A DNA stretch of 64,000 nucleotides, taken from IMG/VR virus record IMGVR_UViG_3300047510_002627, positions 56,752 through 120,751 of that record. One strand, given 5' to 3'. The notes beneath the pieces are model-generated. The model did not search any database, had not been told where the DNA came from, and saw only the letters and a list, made by a program, of their open reading frames with translations. This document shows, in pieces, positions 42,091 to 52,992 of the stretch (position 1 is its first letter; the number at the start of each line of letters is the position of its first letter). The translations under genes were made by a program, and so were the position numbers. Source of the stretch: a virus.

Positions 42091-42174
42091 GGAGAGGTGG
42101 CCGAGTGGTTTATGGCAGCAGTCTTGAAAACTGCCGTGTTAATAGCACCGTGGGTTCAAATCCCACCCTCTCCG
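42091..42174 (+). tRNA. trnS: tRNA-Ser(UGA)
   Basis: GGAGAGG/CCTCTCC acceptor; CT-TGA-AA loop; long variable arm. Confidence 0.93.
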
Positions 42175-42218
42175 TTCTTAATATTTTCTTCAACACTGTT
42201 ACTACATGAACACATTTG

Positions 42219-42247
42219 TTGACAATAGAAATTATTTCTAGTATAAC
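42219..42247 (+). promoter_or_regulatory. sigma70 promoter
   Basis: TTGACA-17-TATAAC. Confidence 0.65.
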
Positions 42248-42276
42248 TATATAATGACCTCTATTGATGCAGATTG

Positions 42277-42426
42277 ATGGACGAAGAAAGGATCCAACAA
42301 ATGATAGATCAAGCAATTGATCGTCACAATAAAACAGCATCCCTGATTAGTGCTTGCATTGGATCAGTGTTGCTGTTTTTTTATGCACATGGAGTAATTT
42401 GTTTGGTCAATAAAATTACTGGTTAA
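42277..42426 (+). CDS. Small membrane protein (49 aa)
   Basis: MIDQAIDRHN..ASLIS...FYAHG. Confidence 0.6.
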   Translation: MDEERIQQMIDQAIDRHNKTASLISACIGSVLLFFYAHGVICLVNKITG

Positions 42427-42594
42427 TGTCCAGGGAGGTATAGGAGTAAAGTGTTTGAATTCACAGATGAAGATTTTATCGATCTTTATGAACGAATGAA
42501 CAAACAAAAAATACAAGAATTATTTGAAGAACCATCGACATATGAAGATGATTTAGAAGAAGATTCTTGGTACTTTATAAAATAGGAGAAATTT

Positions 42595-42819
42595 ATGCCC
42601 GAAACTTTTTTGGGGTTATACGTCTTACTTATTGTTTTAGCAATGCTTATTGCTTATGCTGGATTTGATGAAACTCTTCGTATCTTTGCTTATCTTGATT
42701 TGCAAGTAAGATATTTGCTCATCAGAATGCAGATGAAACAAATGCAAAGAAAAATGGAAAGAGAATTAAAATTACCAGCAAAAGATTGGGAGGATTATTT
42801 GAAAAATGACGAATTCTAG
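42595..42819 (+). CDS. Small membrane protein
   Basis: N-terminal TM helix; AGGAG RBS; TATAAATA upstream. Confidence 0.65.
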   Translation: MPETFLGLYVLLIVLAMLIAYAGFDETLRIFAYLDLQVRYLLIRMQMKQMQRKMERELKLPAKDWEDYLKNDEF

Positions 42820-43060
42820 AGAAGTTTCAGATCTAAAATTTTCCAGGTTAGAGTGTCCTAAATGTGGTGCTCTCTGGATGAACGGTGATCACTATTGGTC
42901 CGGCACCGGAAAAAAAGGAAATGAATTGGACCTAGCAGGACTTGTCTGCAATAAACTTGGCGATGATACATGCATCAACCCATGCAGGGGTAAAACAGGT
43001 GGTGAAACATGGGAGGATAGACTGGAAAGTTTAGAAAAGGATATGCCAAGAGATGATTAA
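42806..43060 (+). CDS. Small Cys-rich conserved cyanophage protein
   Basis: CPKCGA.W.NG.HYW...LDLAGLVCN...CINP. Confidence 0.7.
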   Translation: MTNSREVSDLKFSRLECPKCGALWMNGDHYWSGTGKKGNELDLAGLVCNKLGDDTCINPCRGKTGGETWEDRLESLEKDMPRDD

Positions 43061-43187
43061 AATTTTTGCACATTGGATCTCTAATCATACATATATTATG
43101 ATTATTATTAGTGGATTTATTACTGCACCTATAACTTATTTTATGCTAGATAGTATGGAGCATCCAGAGAGGTACAAGCATAAATGA
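43053..43187 (+). CDS. Small membrane protein (44 aa)
   Basis: MIKIFAHWISNHTYIMIIISGFI..; overlaps its neighbours. Confidence 0.5.
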   Translation: MIKIFAHWISNHTYIMIIISGFITAPITYFMLDSMEHPERYKHK

Positions 43188-43384
43188 CCTACGAAGAGTT
43201 CTTAGATATGCCCACCACATTTTTTGATGATATGGTGAAGGTAATTGCTTTAAAGCATAAGTATCGATTAGAATTCACCGAAGAGGAAAAGAAAATTAAT
43301 CAACATTTGATGAAATATGATGAAGAATTAAAAATTAATGCATTAAGATACAAATTTGAAAGATGTTGGGAGAAAGATAAATGA
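43184..43384 (+). CDS. Hypothetical protein
   Basis: Coupled by ATGA overlaps. Confidence 0.6.
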   Translation: MTYEEFLDMPTTFFDDMVKVIALKHKYRLEFTEEEKKINQHLMKYDEELKINALRYKFERCWEKDK

Positions 43385-43575
43385 AAAGTCTTATTCTCTT
43401 GTCATGTTTTTTACCTTTGATTATCATCTACATAATTATGAAATTATCTGTTTGGATAGCAAGTATAGAAACAGAAACCGAGTATGTCCGAAAAGAATCC
43501 AAACGACCCCATGGACCATACGTGGCAGATGCATATGCAGACGTTGATAAGGAGGAAGAAAAATTTGGAGATTAA
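43381..43575 (+). CDS. Small membrane protein
   Basis: N-terminal TM helix; HGPY.ADAYADVD. Confidence 0.6.
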   Translation: MKSLILLSCFLPLIIIYIIMKLSVWIASIETETEYVRKESKRPHGPYVADAYADVDKEEEKFGD

Positions 43576-43713
43576 AGAAACTTTAGAATCTGCAATTTCC
43601 AAGTGGTACTTTGATCACGGAATTGCAGAACCTAATTGGAAAATGCAAAAAGATCCACAGTGGTGGATTGATTATTTAAATGAAATTGAAAATGGGGAAC
43701 AAGAAAATGAGGA

Positions 43714-43908
43714 TTGGTAATTTTTCACTTTTGGGAGAAATTTATGAAATTTGAAAATTTAACAAATTACGAAAGAGAATTACTCATTGATGCAGTATGG
43801 ATCAGACAAAGATGCTTTATTGCAGGAGATAAAAAGTTTAGAGAATACGGAGAAATTCTTGATGAACTTAAAAAAAATTACGACTACACACCTGGGAGAT
43901 TGAGGTAG
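43714..43908 (+). CDS. Hypothetical protein (start may be the downstream MKFENL)
   Basis: LLIDAVWIRQRCFIAGDK. Confidence 0.6.
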   Translation: MVIFHFWEKFMKFENLTNYERELLIDAVWIRQRCFIAGDKKFREYGEILDELKKNYDYTPGRLR

Positions 43909-43912
43909 AATT

Positions 43913-44944
43913 ATGAAAGTAGGAATGATTGGACTAGGACGAATGGGAGAAGGAATGTCCCGTCGTATGCTAAAGGAAGGTATTGAAGTTTGGGGATACC
44001 GAAGAAATTACGAAAAAGCAAATGAAGCATTTGAAAAAGGATATGTTTCTGGTATTTGTACAACTATCGAAAATCTTGTCAAAGTAGTTAAAAACGATAA
44101 AGGACTTGAGCAACCAGGAATTTTCCAGATGGTTGTGCCAGCAGAAAATGTAGAGGAGACGATCAGTGAGTTACTACGATATTGTGGTGAAGGAGATATT
44201 ATTATTGATCATGGCAATAGCAATTTTAAAGACAGTCGGAAAAGAGCAGAACGTCTGGCAAAGTTGGGTATCCAATATATTGATTGTGGCACTTCTGGGG
44301 GTGTTTACGGTCTGGATCGTGGATACTGTCTTATGGTTGGGGGCGGAAATACTGCAGTCTCCACTTGTTCGCGCATTTTTAATGCCCTTGCCCCAGGAGT
44401 CAACTCTGCCCCCAGGACTGAGCATGACTCAGACATAACTTCCGCAGAGAGGGGTTGGTTGCATTGTGGTGGTCCTGGTGCTGGGCATTTTGTGAAGATG
44501 GTTCATAACGGCATTGAGTATGGTATGATGCAGGCATATGCAGAAGGATTCAACATTCTCAAGAATGCCAACAATGGAGCACAGTATGTCAGAGAAGGAG
44601 ACGCAGAGGTTGCCCCTATGGCAGACCCAGAATCCTACTGCTATGATATTGACGTTGCTGAGGTTGCTGAGTTATGGCGTCGTGGTAGCGTTGTTGGTTC
44701 TTGGTTACTTGATCTTACTGCTTCTGTGCTACGCAGCAGCCCACAGCTTTCTAACTTCTCTGGAGGGGTATCCGACAGTGGTGAAGGTAGGTGGACGGTT
44801 AATGCTGCTGTGGATCTGGGGGTTCCCGCTCCTGTCATCACAACTGCTCTTTATGAAAGATTTAATTCACGCAATCTTGGTACTTTCGCTGCCAAGATTT
44901 TAAACGGCATGAGGTACATGTTTGGTGGACATCATGTCAGATAA
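43913..44944 (+). CDS. gnd: 6-phosphogluconate dehydrogenase (short form), auxiliary metabolic gene
   Basis: GLGRMG, IIDHGNS, DCGTSGG, GAGHFVKMVHNGIEYG, DSGEGRW, MR..FGGH. Confidence 0.96.
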   Translation: MKVGMIGLGRMGEGMSRRMLKEGIEVWGYRRNYEKANEAFEKGYVSGICTTIENLVKVVKNDKGLEQPGIFQMVVPAENVEETISELLRYCGEGDIIIDHGNSNFKDSRKRAERLAKLGIQYIDCGTSGGVYGLDRGYCLMVGGGNTAVSTCSRIFNALAPGVNSAPRTEHDSDITSAERGWLHCGGPGAGHFVKMVHNGIEYGMMQAYAEGFNILKNANNGAQYVREGDAEVAPMADPESYCYDIDVAEVAELWRRGSVVGSWLLDLTASVLRSSPQLSNFSGGVSDSGEGRWTVNAAVDLGVPAPVITTALYERFNSRNLGTFAAKILNGMRYMFGGHHVR

Positions 44945-44978
44945 ATAAATAAAACAAAAGTAATTACTTAATAATAAA

Positions 44979-45494
44979 ATGGCATTCCCATATACTTTCC
45001 AGTTTCGTGGAGGTCAAGGTCCAAATTTCGATGTTAGAATAACTTCGGGATCTTCAACTGGTACTACAATAATTAGTACTCCAGTAAGTTCTATACTCTG
45101 GATTGAATTAAATGACTTAGAAATACCAACTGGAAGAACACGTAGTTTTGTACCTGGGTCGGACACTGGAATTCCTGGGTCAAACGCTGTGTATGTTCCC
45201 CCAGCAAGAGAATATTTTAATTGGAGAACTGGTGATTCAGGAAGACATCCAATATCGAAAGGAACAACACCATCTACTGGTGAATATAGTTTTGATATTT
45301 GGACAGATCCAAACGGAGGTCAAAGTGATTTGCCCTTACAAATTGCTCAATTTGATTTAACTTGGAATGGTTTACTTAGTGTTTATAATACCATAGCTTT
45401 ACATCCAAACAAACATAGTGTTTTTTATGATTATGGAACTCCTTATGCACTTGGATGGAAACTTGGAGGTACGATCACTATCGCTGGATCCTGA
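44979..45494 (+). CDS. Hypothetical beta-rich late protein
   Basis: ATAAATA upstream; Gly/Thr/Pro-rich. Confidence 0.6.
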   Translation: MAFPYTFQFRGGQGPNFDVRITSGSSTGTTIISTPVSSILWIELNDLEIPTGRTRSFVPGSDTGIPGSNAVYVPPAREYFNWRTGDSGRHPISKGTTPSTGEYSFDIWTDPNGGQSDLPLQIAQFDLTWNGLLSVYNTIALHPNKHSVFYDYGTPYALGWKLGGTITIAGS

Positions 45495-45504
45495 TTTTAC
45501 CACC

Positions 45505-45533
45505 TTTACAAGTCACTGATTTTACTTTATAAT
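45505..45533 (+). promoter_or_regulatory. sigma70 promoter
   Basis: TTTACA-17-TATAAT. Confidence 0.65.
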
Positions 45534-45556
45534 AGTCTAGTTCATTGAATAAAAAA

Positions 45557-45775
45557 ATGTCCATTACAGCAAAATTCAAAAAAGATATCAGCACACTCAA
45601 AGCAGCGGCTGAAGGAGAAATTTTACTTGATGTAAAAAATCCAAAACTTTTTAAAAAAGTCAAAAAGTATTACGAAAATGTGGGAATTGTATTTTCTGAT
45701 GATCCTCTTGATAATTATGATATATTAATTGATAACTTGTATTTGGATTTGCAACCTGAAATGTTAGAAAAATAA
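45557..45775 (+). CDS. Small conserved cyanophage protein
   Basis: LDVKNPKLFKKV.KYYEN.G..F..DP.D.Y. Confidence 0.7.
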   Translation: MSITAKFKKDISTLKAAAEGEILLDVKNPKLFKKVKKYYENVGIVFSDDPLDNYDILIDNLYLDLQPEMLEK

Positions 45776-45782
45776 TTTTATA

Positions 45783-45809
45783 AGTGGCACAAATTGTGTC
45801 ACTTTTTTT
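45783..45809 (+). terminator. Terminator
   Basis: AGTGGCACA..TGTGTCACT+T-run. Confidence 0.6.
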
Positions 45810-45866
45810 GTTCTATATAGATTAGTTAAAATTCTTTGTTAGAATATAGGATGATTTTGGAAAACC

Positions 45867-47540
45867 ATGAATAAAAATAAACTGAATTCTGATTATATCT
45901 GCATTAATGGTGGGCATAATACGTCTATTACTTTTGTCGATAAAAACGATCAAATAAGAATTTTTGAATTTGAAAGATTCTGCAAAAAAAGATATGCGGG
46001 AATTTGGGAATTGTCAAAACGTGATGATAAATCCGAAGAGCGCAAAAAAGTAATTACTGAATTTTTAGAATATACTAAAACTCAGATTAAAGAATATCCT
46101 AAAGTTATTGGATTTAGTGAACTGAATCCAGTTGTACTTGAGTTTGTTTTGAGTGTCTTTCCTGGATGTCAATTTTATCAGATGGGACATCACATGTCTC
46201 ATTGTGCTGGAGCATATTATCAAAGTGGATTTAAAAGAGCACTGGCAATCTCAATAGATGGGGGAGGTCTTGATTATGATAATGAAACCAGTACTTTTAT
46301 TAGAAGTTACTCTATTTTTAAATATGAGGGAGATGAGTGTGAAGTAATCTCTCATACCAATGATGGCAAGAGCGAAATATGCAACCCAGGAATTTATGGT
46401 GCATTTGCATATTATGTAAGTGAAATTAAGAAAGATCTTAATGATGATGGAATACCTGAAAAGAATTCACTTGCGTATGCTGGAAAAATCATGGGTCTTG
46501 CTGCTTATGGTAAAGTGAGATTGGAATGGATAACTCCAATAAGAAATTTTTATATGAATCATCCAACAAAACATTGGAATTCATTTAATATGGAAGAGAA
46601 TGACATAGAAAATAAACTGTTTAAGGATATTGGTATTCAATTAACTCAAGATCACTTTAGTGGACAAGATAGTTATGACCTTGCCGCTACAAATCAATAT
46701 GTTTTTGAAGAATTATGCTTTTCCTTAATTAAAAAATATATCGATGTATACAATATTGATGTTGTATTTTCTGGGGGATCTGCTCTTAATGTTCTTTTCA
46801 ATCAAAAACTGGCAGAATATCTTGAACGTAAATCATTGAAATTATACATTCCTTCTCATCCAGGTGATGAGGGATTGTCTTTTGGGCATTATGTTAGTCT
46901 TCAACATGAATACATTGATCCCTCCCCTTATTGCGGAATTGATATCATGGATAGGGATAAACTAAGTTATTACTATGAAAAATATGATAAGCAAGATAAG
47001 GTCAAAGAAAGAAGTGTAAAACTTATAGTTGATCTGATTAAAGATGGAAAAATTGGGGGAATTATACAAGGGTATTCTGAAGTTGGACCTAGAGCACTTG
47101 GAAATAGAAGTATTATATGTGATCCTTCTATTCGTGATATGAAAGATATTTTAAACTCTAAAGTTAAATTTAGAGAATGGTTTAGACCTTTTGCTCCAGT
47201 TTGTAGAGAAGAAGATAGGGATTTATATTTTGTAAAATCGTATCCTTCCGAATACATGAGTTTTGCTCCAGAAGTAAAAGAAGAGTATCGTGATGTTTTG
47301 CCAGCAATTACACATCAAGACGGTACTGCTAGACTTCAAACTGTAACCTCTTGCCAGCATCAGTTGTTCTATGATATACTTACAGAATTGAGTGACAGGG
47401 GTAACATTGCTGTTATTATGAATACATCGTTTAATATTAGAGGTAATCCAATTCTCACTACATATGAGGATGCATTCCATGTACTGGAAAATACCGAATT
47501 GGATTTTATTGTTACTGAAGATTATTTGTTCATCAAATGA
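45867..47540 (+). CDS. Carbamoyltransferase (NodU/CmcH family)
   Basis: [45 protein letters not shown]. Confidence 0.92.
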   Translation: MNKNKLNSDYICINGGHNTSITFVDKNDQIRIFEFERFCKKRYAGIWELSKRDDKSEERKKVITEFLEYTKTQIKEYPKVIGFSELNPVVLEFVLSVFPGCQFYQMGHHMSHCAGAYYQSGFKRALAISIDGGGLDYDNETSTFIRSYSIFKYEGDECEVISHTNDGKSEICNPGIYGAFAYYVSEIKKDLNDDGIPEKNSLAYAGKIMGLAAYGKVRLEWITPIRNFYMNHPTKHWNSFNMEENDIENKLFKDIGIQLTQDHFSGQDSYDLAATNQYVFEELCFSLIKKYIDVYNIDVVFSGGSALNVLFNQKLAEYLERKSLKLYIPSHPGDEGLSFGHYVSLQHEYIDPSPYCGIDIMDRDKLSYYYEKYDKQDKVKERSVKLIVDLIKDGKIGGIIQGYSEVGPRALGNRSIICDPSIRDMKDILNSKVKFREWFRPFAPVCREEDRDLYFVKSYPSEYMSFAPEVKEEYRDVLPAITHQDGTARLQTVTSCQHQLFYDILTELSDRGNIAVIMNTSFNIRGNPILTTYEDAFHVLENTELDFIVTEDYLFIK

Positions 47541-48544
47541 AAAAAGCACTAATTACTGGCATCACTGGGCAAGATGGTTCTTATCTTGCTGAATTACTTT
47601 TGGATAAAGGTTACGAAGTACATGGAATCGTTAGAAGAAGTTCTCTCATCAATACGCATAGGATTGATCACATTTATGATAATATCAAGTTGCATTATGG
47701 CGATCTTACTGATTCTACTAACTTAATAAGAGTTATTCAAGAAGTTTGTCCTAATGAAATTTATAATCTTGGTGCCCAGAGTCATGTAAAGGTATCGTTT
47801 GAAATACCGGAATATACTGGGCAAGTTGATGCGCTTGGAACACTTCGTATCCTTGAAGCAGTTCGTATTCTTGGAATGGAGAATGATATTCGCATCTATC
47901 AGGCATCTACTTCAGAACTTTATGGTAAGGTTCAAGAGATTCCTCAGACGGAAACAACTCCTTTCTATCCAAGAAGTCCTTATGGTGTTGCTAAGATCTA
48001 TGGTTACTGGATTGTCAAAAACTATCGTGAGGCATATGGAATGTATGCTTGCACAGGGATTCTTTTTAATCATGAATCTCCTCGTCGTGGTGAGACATTT
48101 GTTACTCGTAAGATTACCAGAGGTTTCAAAGCAATGTCTGAAGGTAGGCAAAATGTTCTTAAACTGGGTAATCTGAATGCTCTTCGTGACTGGGGACACG
48201 CAAAAGATTATGTTGAGGCAATGTGGTTGATGCTTCAACAGGATGAACCTGATGATTTTGTAATTGCCACTGGTAAGCAGTACTCAGTTCGTGAGTTTGT
48301 AGAGAGATCAGCACCTTACTTTGGAATGGATATTGAATGGCAGTTTACTGATCAGGGAACCGAAGTTGGAATTGATAAGAACACTAGATTAGTTCGTATA
48401 ATTGTTGATTCCAAGTATTTCCGACCTGCTGAAGTGGAGACTTTATTGGGAGATGCCACCAAAGCAAAACAGAAATTGGGTTGGGAACCTAAAATTTCTT
48501 TTGATGAATTGGTAAAAGAAATGTGTGAAAGTGAGGGTAAATAA
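47537..48544 (+). CDS. gmd: GDP-mannose 4,6-dehydratase
   Basis: [41 protein letters not shown]. Confidence 0.97.
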   Translation: MKKALITGITGQDGSYLAELLLDKGYEVHGIVRRSSLINTHRIDHIYDNIKLHYGDLTDSTNLIRVIQEVCPNEIYNLGAQSHVKVSFEIPEYTGQVDALGTLRILEAVRILGMENDIRIYQASTSELYGKVQEIPQTETTPFYPRSPYGVAKIYGYWIVKNYREAYGMYACTGILFNHESPRRGETFVTRKITRGFKAMSEGRQNVLKLGNLNALRDWGHAKDYVEAMWLMLQQDEPDDFVIATGKQYSVREFVERSAPYFGMDIEWQFTDQGTEVGIDKNTRLVRIIVDSKYFRPAEVETLLGDATKAKQKLGWEPKISFDELVKEMCESEGK

Positions 48545-48546
48545 AA

Positions 48547-49485
48547 ATGACAAATTATATTGGTATTACTTGGTATGGTTATTTTGGAAATAATTTACAA
48601 CAACTTGCTGGATCTATTTTTTACGCAAAATGTTGCGAAGGTACGACAATAATCAATACTAGAAACCAATGTCACGACCCAAATTATGAATTAATGAATC
48701 AAATTGATCCACAGTTGGTAGTGGAAAAGGAATTTGATATTGAAGTTAAAACTGCCTCACCATTACACTGGGGTACTAATCATTACTATGGGCATATTTT
48801 TGAATACATTGATTACTCCAAATATTCAAAGTTTTTGGAAAGTAATATTATTAAAGTTTATAGGAATGAAATTTACAATATAATTAACAAAGTTTTTAAC
48901 TTTGATATGTTTAGTAAAGAACAATGGGATTTAGAAAATAGTCTTGTTATACATCTTAGATCTGGAGATGTAATAGAAGAAAATCCGCATCCCAGTTATA
49001 TACAATCTCCTTGGACTTATTTTAAAAAAATACTGGAAAAAGTTAACCCAAAAAAAGTTATCCTTTGTACAGGAAATCAAGGAACTAGGGTTTTAAATTC
49101 TAGCCAACTTACATTAAACCCTTGTTATGATAAAATTATATCTTTTTGCAATGGAAATAATATAGAAGTTGATTCCAGAATAAGAACTCAACAGGAAGAT
49201 GTCTATATACTATCTCATGCAAAGAACATAGTAGTTGGTGGAATTTCTAGTTTTTCTGCAATTTGCATTTACATGAACAAAGAAAACCCATCAGTATATT
49301 ATCCAATTTTCTTTGATGACTGTGATGATATAGAATTAAATAGATATCGTTATTTTAAGATATTTGATAATATGATAGATCTTCATTGCTATAAGTTTGA
49401 AGATTATTATGAAATGGGTAAATGGAAATGTGATTTTAAAACTATGATGGAATTTCCTGAAAATAAAATTAAAGAACTTGTTTAG
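48547..49485 (+). CDS. Divergent GT11-like (fucosyl-type) glycosyltransferase
   Basis: G.FGN.L.Q, VIHLRSGD, SSFS motifs. Confidence 0.6.
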   Translation: MTNYIGITWYGYFGNNLQQLAGSIFYAKCCEGTTIINTRNQCHDPNYELMNQIDPQLVVEKEFDIEVKTASPLHWGTNHYYGHIFEYIDYSKYSKFLESNIIKVYRNEIYNIINKVFNFDMFSKEQWDLENSLVIHLRSGDVIEENPHPSYIQSPWTYFKKILEKVNPKKVILCTGNQGTRVLNSSQLTLNPCYDKIISFCNGNNIEVDSRIRTQQEDVYILSHAKNIVVGGISSFSAICIYMNKENPSVYYPIFFDDCDDIELNRYRYFKIFDNMIDLHCYKFEDYYEMGKWKCDFKTMMEFPENKIKELV

Positions 49486-49487
49486 TT

Positions 49488-50114
49488 ATGGCAAATAAAA
49501 ATATTTTTATAGACTGTGGTACTCATTGTTTTCAAGGATTTAAAGATTTTGCGAACAAGTATAATATAGATTCTAACTGGGATTGCTACTGTTTTGAAGC
49601 AAATCCCTTTACTTACAATGAATCTAAAAAGTATTACAATGAACTTATATCCAGTGGATATAATATAACACATTACAATCGGGCAGTGTCTAATAAGACT
49701 GGTAAAATAAAAGTTAATTGTTCCTTGGAATGGGATAAAGATCCAAATAATAAAGAGTCTTATTTTAATCAAGGATCGAATATTTTAGATAATCCTCCAA
49801 ATTGGGAGCAATGTGTCAACAGAAATTATGATTATATTTCTAATGATGTCTTTGTAGATTGTGAAGATTTTTCTAATTTTATTTTAAGTAATTGTAATTC
49901 CGATGATTATGTTTTAATTAAGATGGATATTGAGGGGTCAGAATTTGATGTTTTGTCTTCTTTGATTGAAACTAATGCTTACAAACTAATCAATGAAATA
50001 TATTGTGAATGGCACCATAGATTTTTTAATGATCAAAGAGAATATCATAAATTATCTGAAAATATTAAACGTACTTTTTTAGAAAATAATATTTTGTTGT
50101 ATGACTGGATCTAA
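49488..50114 (+). CDS. FkbM-family methyltransferase
   Basis: FIDCG, FEANP, IKMDIEGSE, EWH. Confidence 0.85.
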   Translation: MANKNIFIDCGTHCFQGFKDFANKYNIDSNWDCYCFEANPFTYNESKKYYNELISSGYNITHYNRAVSNKTGKIKVNCSLEWDKDPNNKESYFNQGSNILDNPPNWEQCVNRNYDYISNDVFVDCEDFSNFILSNCNSDDYVLIKMDIEGSEFDVLSSLIETNAYKLINEIYCEWHHRFFNDQREYHKLSENIKRTFLENNILLYDWI

Positions 50115-51042
50115 AATGAAAAATGACTCTAAAATTTTAGTTGCTGGTGCCTATGGAATGGTAGGCAGAGCAATTGTTAAAAATCTTGAAAAAAATGGAT
50201 ATACAAACATCATCAAAGGAACTCGGGATGATGTGGATTTCACAGATCAAGATGAAACCGAACGATATTTCTGTTCGGAAGAACCTGAGTATGTTTTTCT
50301 TGCTGCCGCTAAAGTCGGTGGCATCATGGCAAACAAAAGATACAAAGCAGATTTTTTAACTGAAAATCTTCAGATTCAAACAAATATTATTCAAAGTTCT
50401 TACAATTTTGGTGTTAATAAACTTCTATTCCTTGGGTCTTCCTGCATTTATCCAAAATTAGCAACTCAACCGATTACAGAAGATCAGTTGATGACAGGTC
50501 CTCTTGAACCAACAAATGATGGATATGCCCTTGCTAAAATTGCAGGAATTAAAATGTGTCAGGCATATAATGAGCAGTATGGATTTAATGCTATTTCATT
50601 GATGCCTACTAATCTTTATGGACCTAATGATAACTTTGATTTGGAAACATCTCATGTTCTTCCTGGATTTATTGCCAAGTTTCATAATGCAAAAGAATCT
50701 GGTGAAATTCCTCTTATGTGGGGAGATGGATCTCCCTTCAGAGAATTTTTACATGTAGATGATCTTGCAGATGCCTGCCTTTTCCTTATGGAAAATTATG
50801 ATAGTCCAGAAATTATTAATGTTGGTACTGGCAAAGATATTACGATTAAAGAATTGGCAAAAACTATTGCTAAGGTTGTTGGATATGAAGGAGACATTGC
50901 TTGGGATACAAATAAACCTAACGGAACTCCAAGAAAATTATTAAATGTTGACAAACTACATAGTCTTGGATGGAAGCATTCTATAGAATTGGAAGCAGGA
51001 TTAAAGAAAACTTACGAATGGTATTTGAAGAATGAAAAATAA
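50101..51042 (+). CDS. fcl: GDP-L-fucose synthase/ColC-like epimerase-reductase
   Basis: GAYGMVG, AAKVGGI, GSSCIYP, YALAK, NLYGP, REFLHVDD. Confidence 0.92.
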   Translation: MTGSKMKNDSKILVAGAYGMVGRAIVKNLEKNGYTNIIKGTRDDVDFTDQDETERYFCSEEPEYVFLAAAKVGGIMANKRYKADFLTENLQIQTNIIQSSYNFGVNKLLFLGSSCIYPKLATQPITEDQLMTGPLEPTNDGYALAKIAGIKMCQAYNEQYGFNAISLMPTNLYGPNDNFDLETSHVLPGFIAKFHNAKESGEIPLMWGDGSPFREFLHVDDLADACLFLMENYDSPEIINVGTGKDITIKELAKTIAKVVGYEGDIAWDTNKPNGTPRKLLNVDKLHSLGWKHSIELEAGLKKTYEWYLKNEK

Positions 51043-52198
51043 AATTACTTGGCCTTTGATGAAAGATAACATGACCCTTGGCGATAGGGTTAAGATGGCA
51101 AATTTTTGTTTGACTTCTAATAAATTTACTAATGGATCTAAAGTCAGGCAATTTGAGAATGAGTGGGCAGCATGGGTTGGGAGTGAATATGCTCTTTATG
51201 TTTCTTCTGGAAGCACCGCTAACTATTTACTCCTTGCTGCAGTCAAAGAAGTATTTGGATTGAAGAATGGGGACAAAGTAGTTGTACCTGCCTGCACTTG
51301 GGTTACCAATATCAACCCAGTATTTCAACTGGGGTTTCATCCAATTTTTTGCGATGTTGACATTAATTCATTTACATTTAATGAAGATAATTTGAGATAT
51401 ATTGCTGAAAAGCATCCAGATATTAAATTGGTGTTCACCACTCATTTGATGGGATTTCCTGCTCCCGTAGAAAGATATCGAGAAATTTTCCCGAATGCTT
51501 TATTTTTGGATGATGTTTGTGAATCTCATGGGGCTAAAAATTTTAATGGATCAAAGGTAGGTTCAGATAGTCTTGGTGCTACTTTTAGTTTTTATTTTGG
51601 ACACCATATGTCCACTATTGAAGGTGGTATGATTTGCACCAACGATTGGAGAATCTATGATATGATGAGACTTAAAAGAAGTCATGGTCTTGCAAGAGAA
51701 TCTGATGAAAAAGAAGTCTATTATGAAACGTATAAAGATTTAAATCAACAATTTCTTTTTGTTACTGATGGATACAACTTTAGAAATCATGAGTTGTGTG
51801 CAATTTTGGGAATGTCACAACTTAAAAGACTTGATGGTATGATTGAAAAAAGAAATAATAACTATAAAAAATTTATAAAAATCCTATCAAATCATTGTCA
51901 TAAAGTTCATATACCCTGTGTTCCCGAAGGCATTAGTAGTTTCTGTTTTCCTTTAGTGTTTTATAGTAAGCAGTTAAAGGAAAAATTTGAATTAATATGT
52001 AAAAAAAGAAATGTTGAATATAGACCTATTATTGGAGGAAATCTTTTAGTTCAACCATACTTGAAGCAGTATTCAATCACTAATAATAAAAATAATTTTG
52101 TTGATATTATTCATGATTGCGGATTATATCTTGGAAATAACCAATTTATTGGCGACAGAGAATTGAGTGAATTGAATTTAATGCTTGAGGAATTATGA
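51032..52198 (+). CDS. DegT/DnrJ-family PLP enzyme, ColD-like GDP-4-keto-6-deoxymannose 3-dehydratase
   Basis: SSGSTAN, DVCESHGA, FSFYFGHHMSTIEGG (His at the usual Schiff-base Lys position). Confidence 0.75.
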   Translation: MKNKITWPLMKDNMTLGDRVKMANFCLTSNKFTNGSKVRQFENEWAAWVGSEYALYVSSGSTANYLLLAAVKEVFGLKNGDKVVVPACTWVTNINPVFQLGFHPIFCDVDINSFTFNEDNLRYIAEKHPDIKLVFTTHLMGFPAPVERYREIFPNALFLDDVCESHGAKNFNGSKVGSDSLGATFSFYFGHHMSTIEGGMICTNDWRIYDMMRLKRSHGLARESDEKEVYYETYKDLNQQFLFVTDGYNFRNHELCAILGMSQLKRLDGMIEKRNNNYKKFIKILSNHCHKVHIPCVPEGISSFCFPLVFYSKQLKEKFELICKKRNVEYRPIIGGNLLVQPYLKQYSITNNKNNFVDIIHDCGLYLGNNQFIGDRELSELNLMLEEL

Positions 52199-52992
52199 GT
52201 TTTTCTATTAATCATCTTGGTAACAATGGGCATCTTGGAAATCAAATGTTCCAGTATGCATTTGTGAAGGCTATGTCCGTTAAGCACAAACGATCTTTTT
52301 ATATACCTCCATCTGATGTTTTTGGTAAGTATTACTATCAAGATCTTTTTAGCAATATCGATGAAGCATTTAATATTGAATGTAAACGTTCGATGACGGA
52401 CTATGGAAATCTTGTCGAACGATTTTTTCATTTTGATGAAGATTTATTTGAAAATCCTCCAGAGCAAGATATTAATTATGTTGGGTTTTTTCAGAGTGAA
52501 AAGTATTTCAAACACATTGAAAAGGAATTGAGAAATAAAGATTTTCAATTTAAAAGAGAAATTCAAAATGCATGTGAACCAATTATTGCGGAAATGCATA
52601 ACGATGATTGTATCGGTATACACATAAGAAGAAATGATTTTCTGAAAAATCCAAATCATCCAGTGCAACCAAACTCATATTACGAAAAGGCATTATCCGA
52701 ATTTGATAATGATCTTCCCGTATATGTTTTTTCAGATGACCCAGAATGGTGTATGCAGCAAAAGATTTTTGAAGAAGATAGATTTTCTGTTTCTGAGATT
52801 GGAGATGCGTACATGGATTTGTATCTCCTTTCTCAATGCACTCATCACATCATTTGCAATAGTACGTTTGGATGGTGGGGAGCTTGGTTGGCAAATAGTA
52901 TAAATGTTATAGCACCCAAAAATTGGTTTGCTGGTGACTGCAAAGACCATGATACTAAAGATTTGTATTTAAATCATTGGAGAATTTTATGA
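52195..52992 (+). CDS. GT11 alpha-1,2-fucosyl/colitosyltransferase
   Basis: GHLGNQMFQYA, HIRRND, FSDD, NSTFGWWGAWL. Confidence 0.9.
   Translation: MSFSINHLGNNGHLGNQMFQYAFVKAMSVKHKRSFYIPPSDVFGKYYYQDLFSNIDEAFNIECKRSMTDYGNLVERFFHFDEDLFENPPEQDINYVGFFQSEKYFKHIEKELRNKDFQFKREIQNACEPIIAEMHNDDCIGIHIRRNDFLKNPNHPVQPNSYYEKALSEFDNDLPVYVFSDDPEWCMQQKIFEEDRFSVSEIGDAYMDLYLLSQCTHHIICNSTFGWWGAWLANSINVIAPKNWFAGDCKDHDTKDLYLNHWRIL

Noticed and set aside
42197-42212. NtcA-like dyad TGTT-N8-AACA upstream of a promoter
   Set aside because: It deviates from GTA-N8-TAC in both half-sites, which is too weak to call.
42110-42340. 76-aa minus-strand ORF
   Set aside because: It translates the antisense of tRNA-Ser (ERVGFEPT is a typical tRNA artefact).
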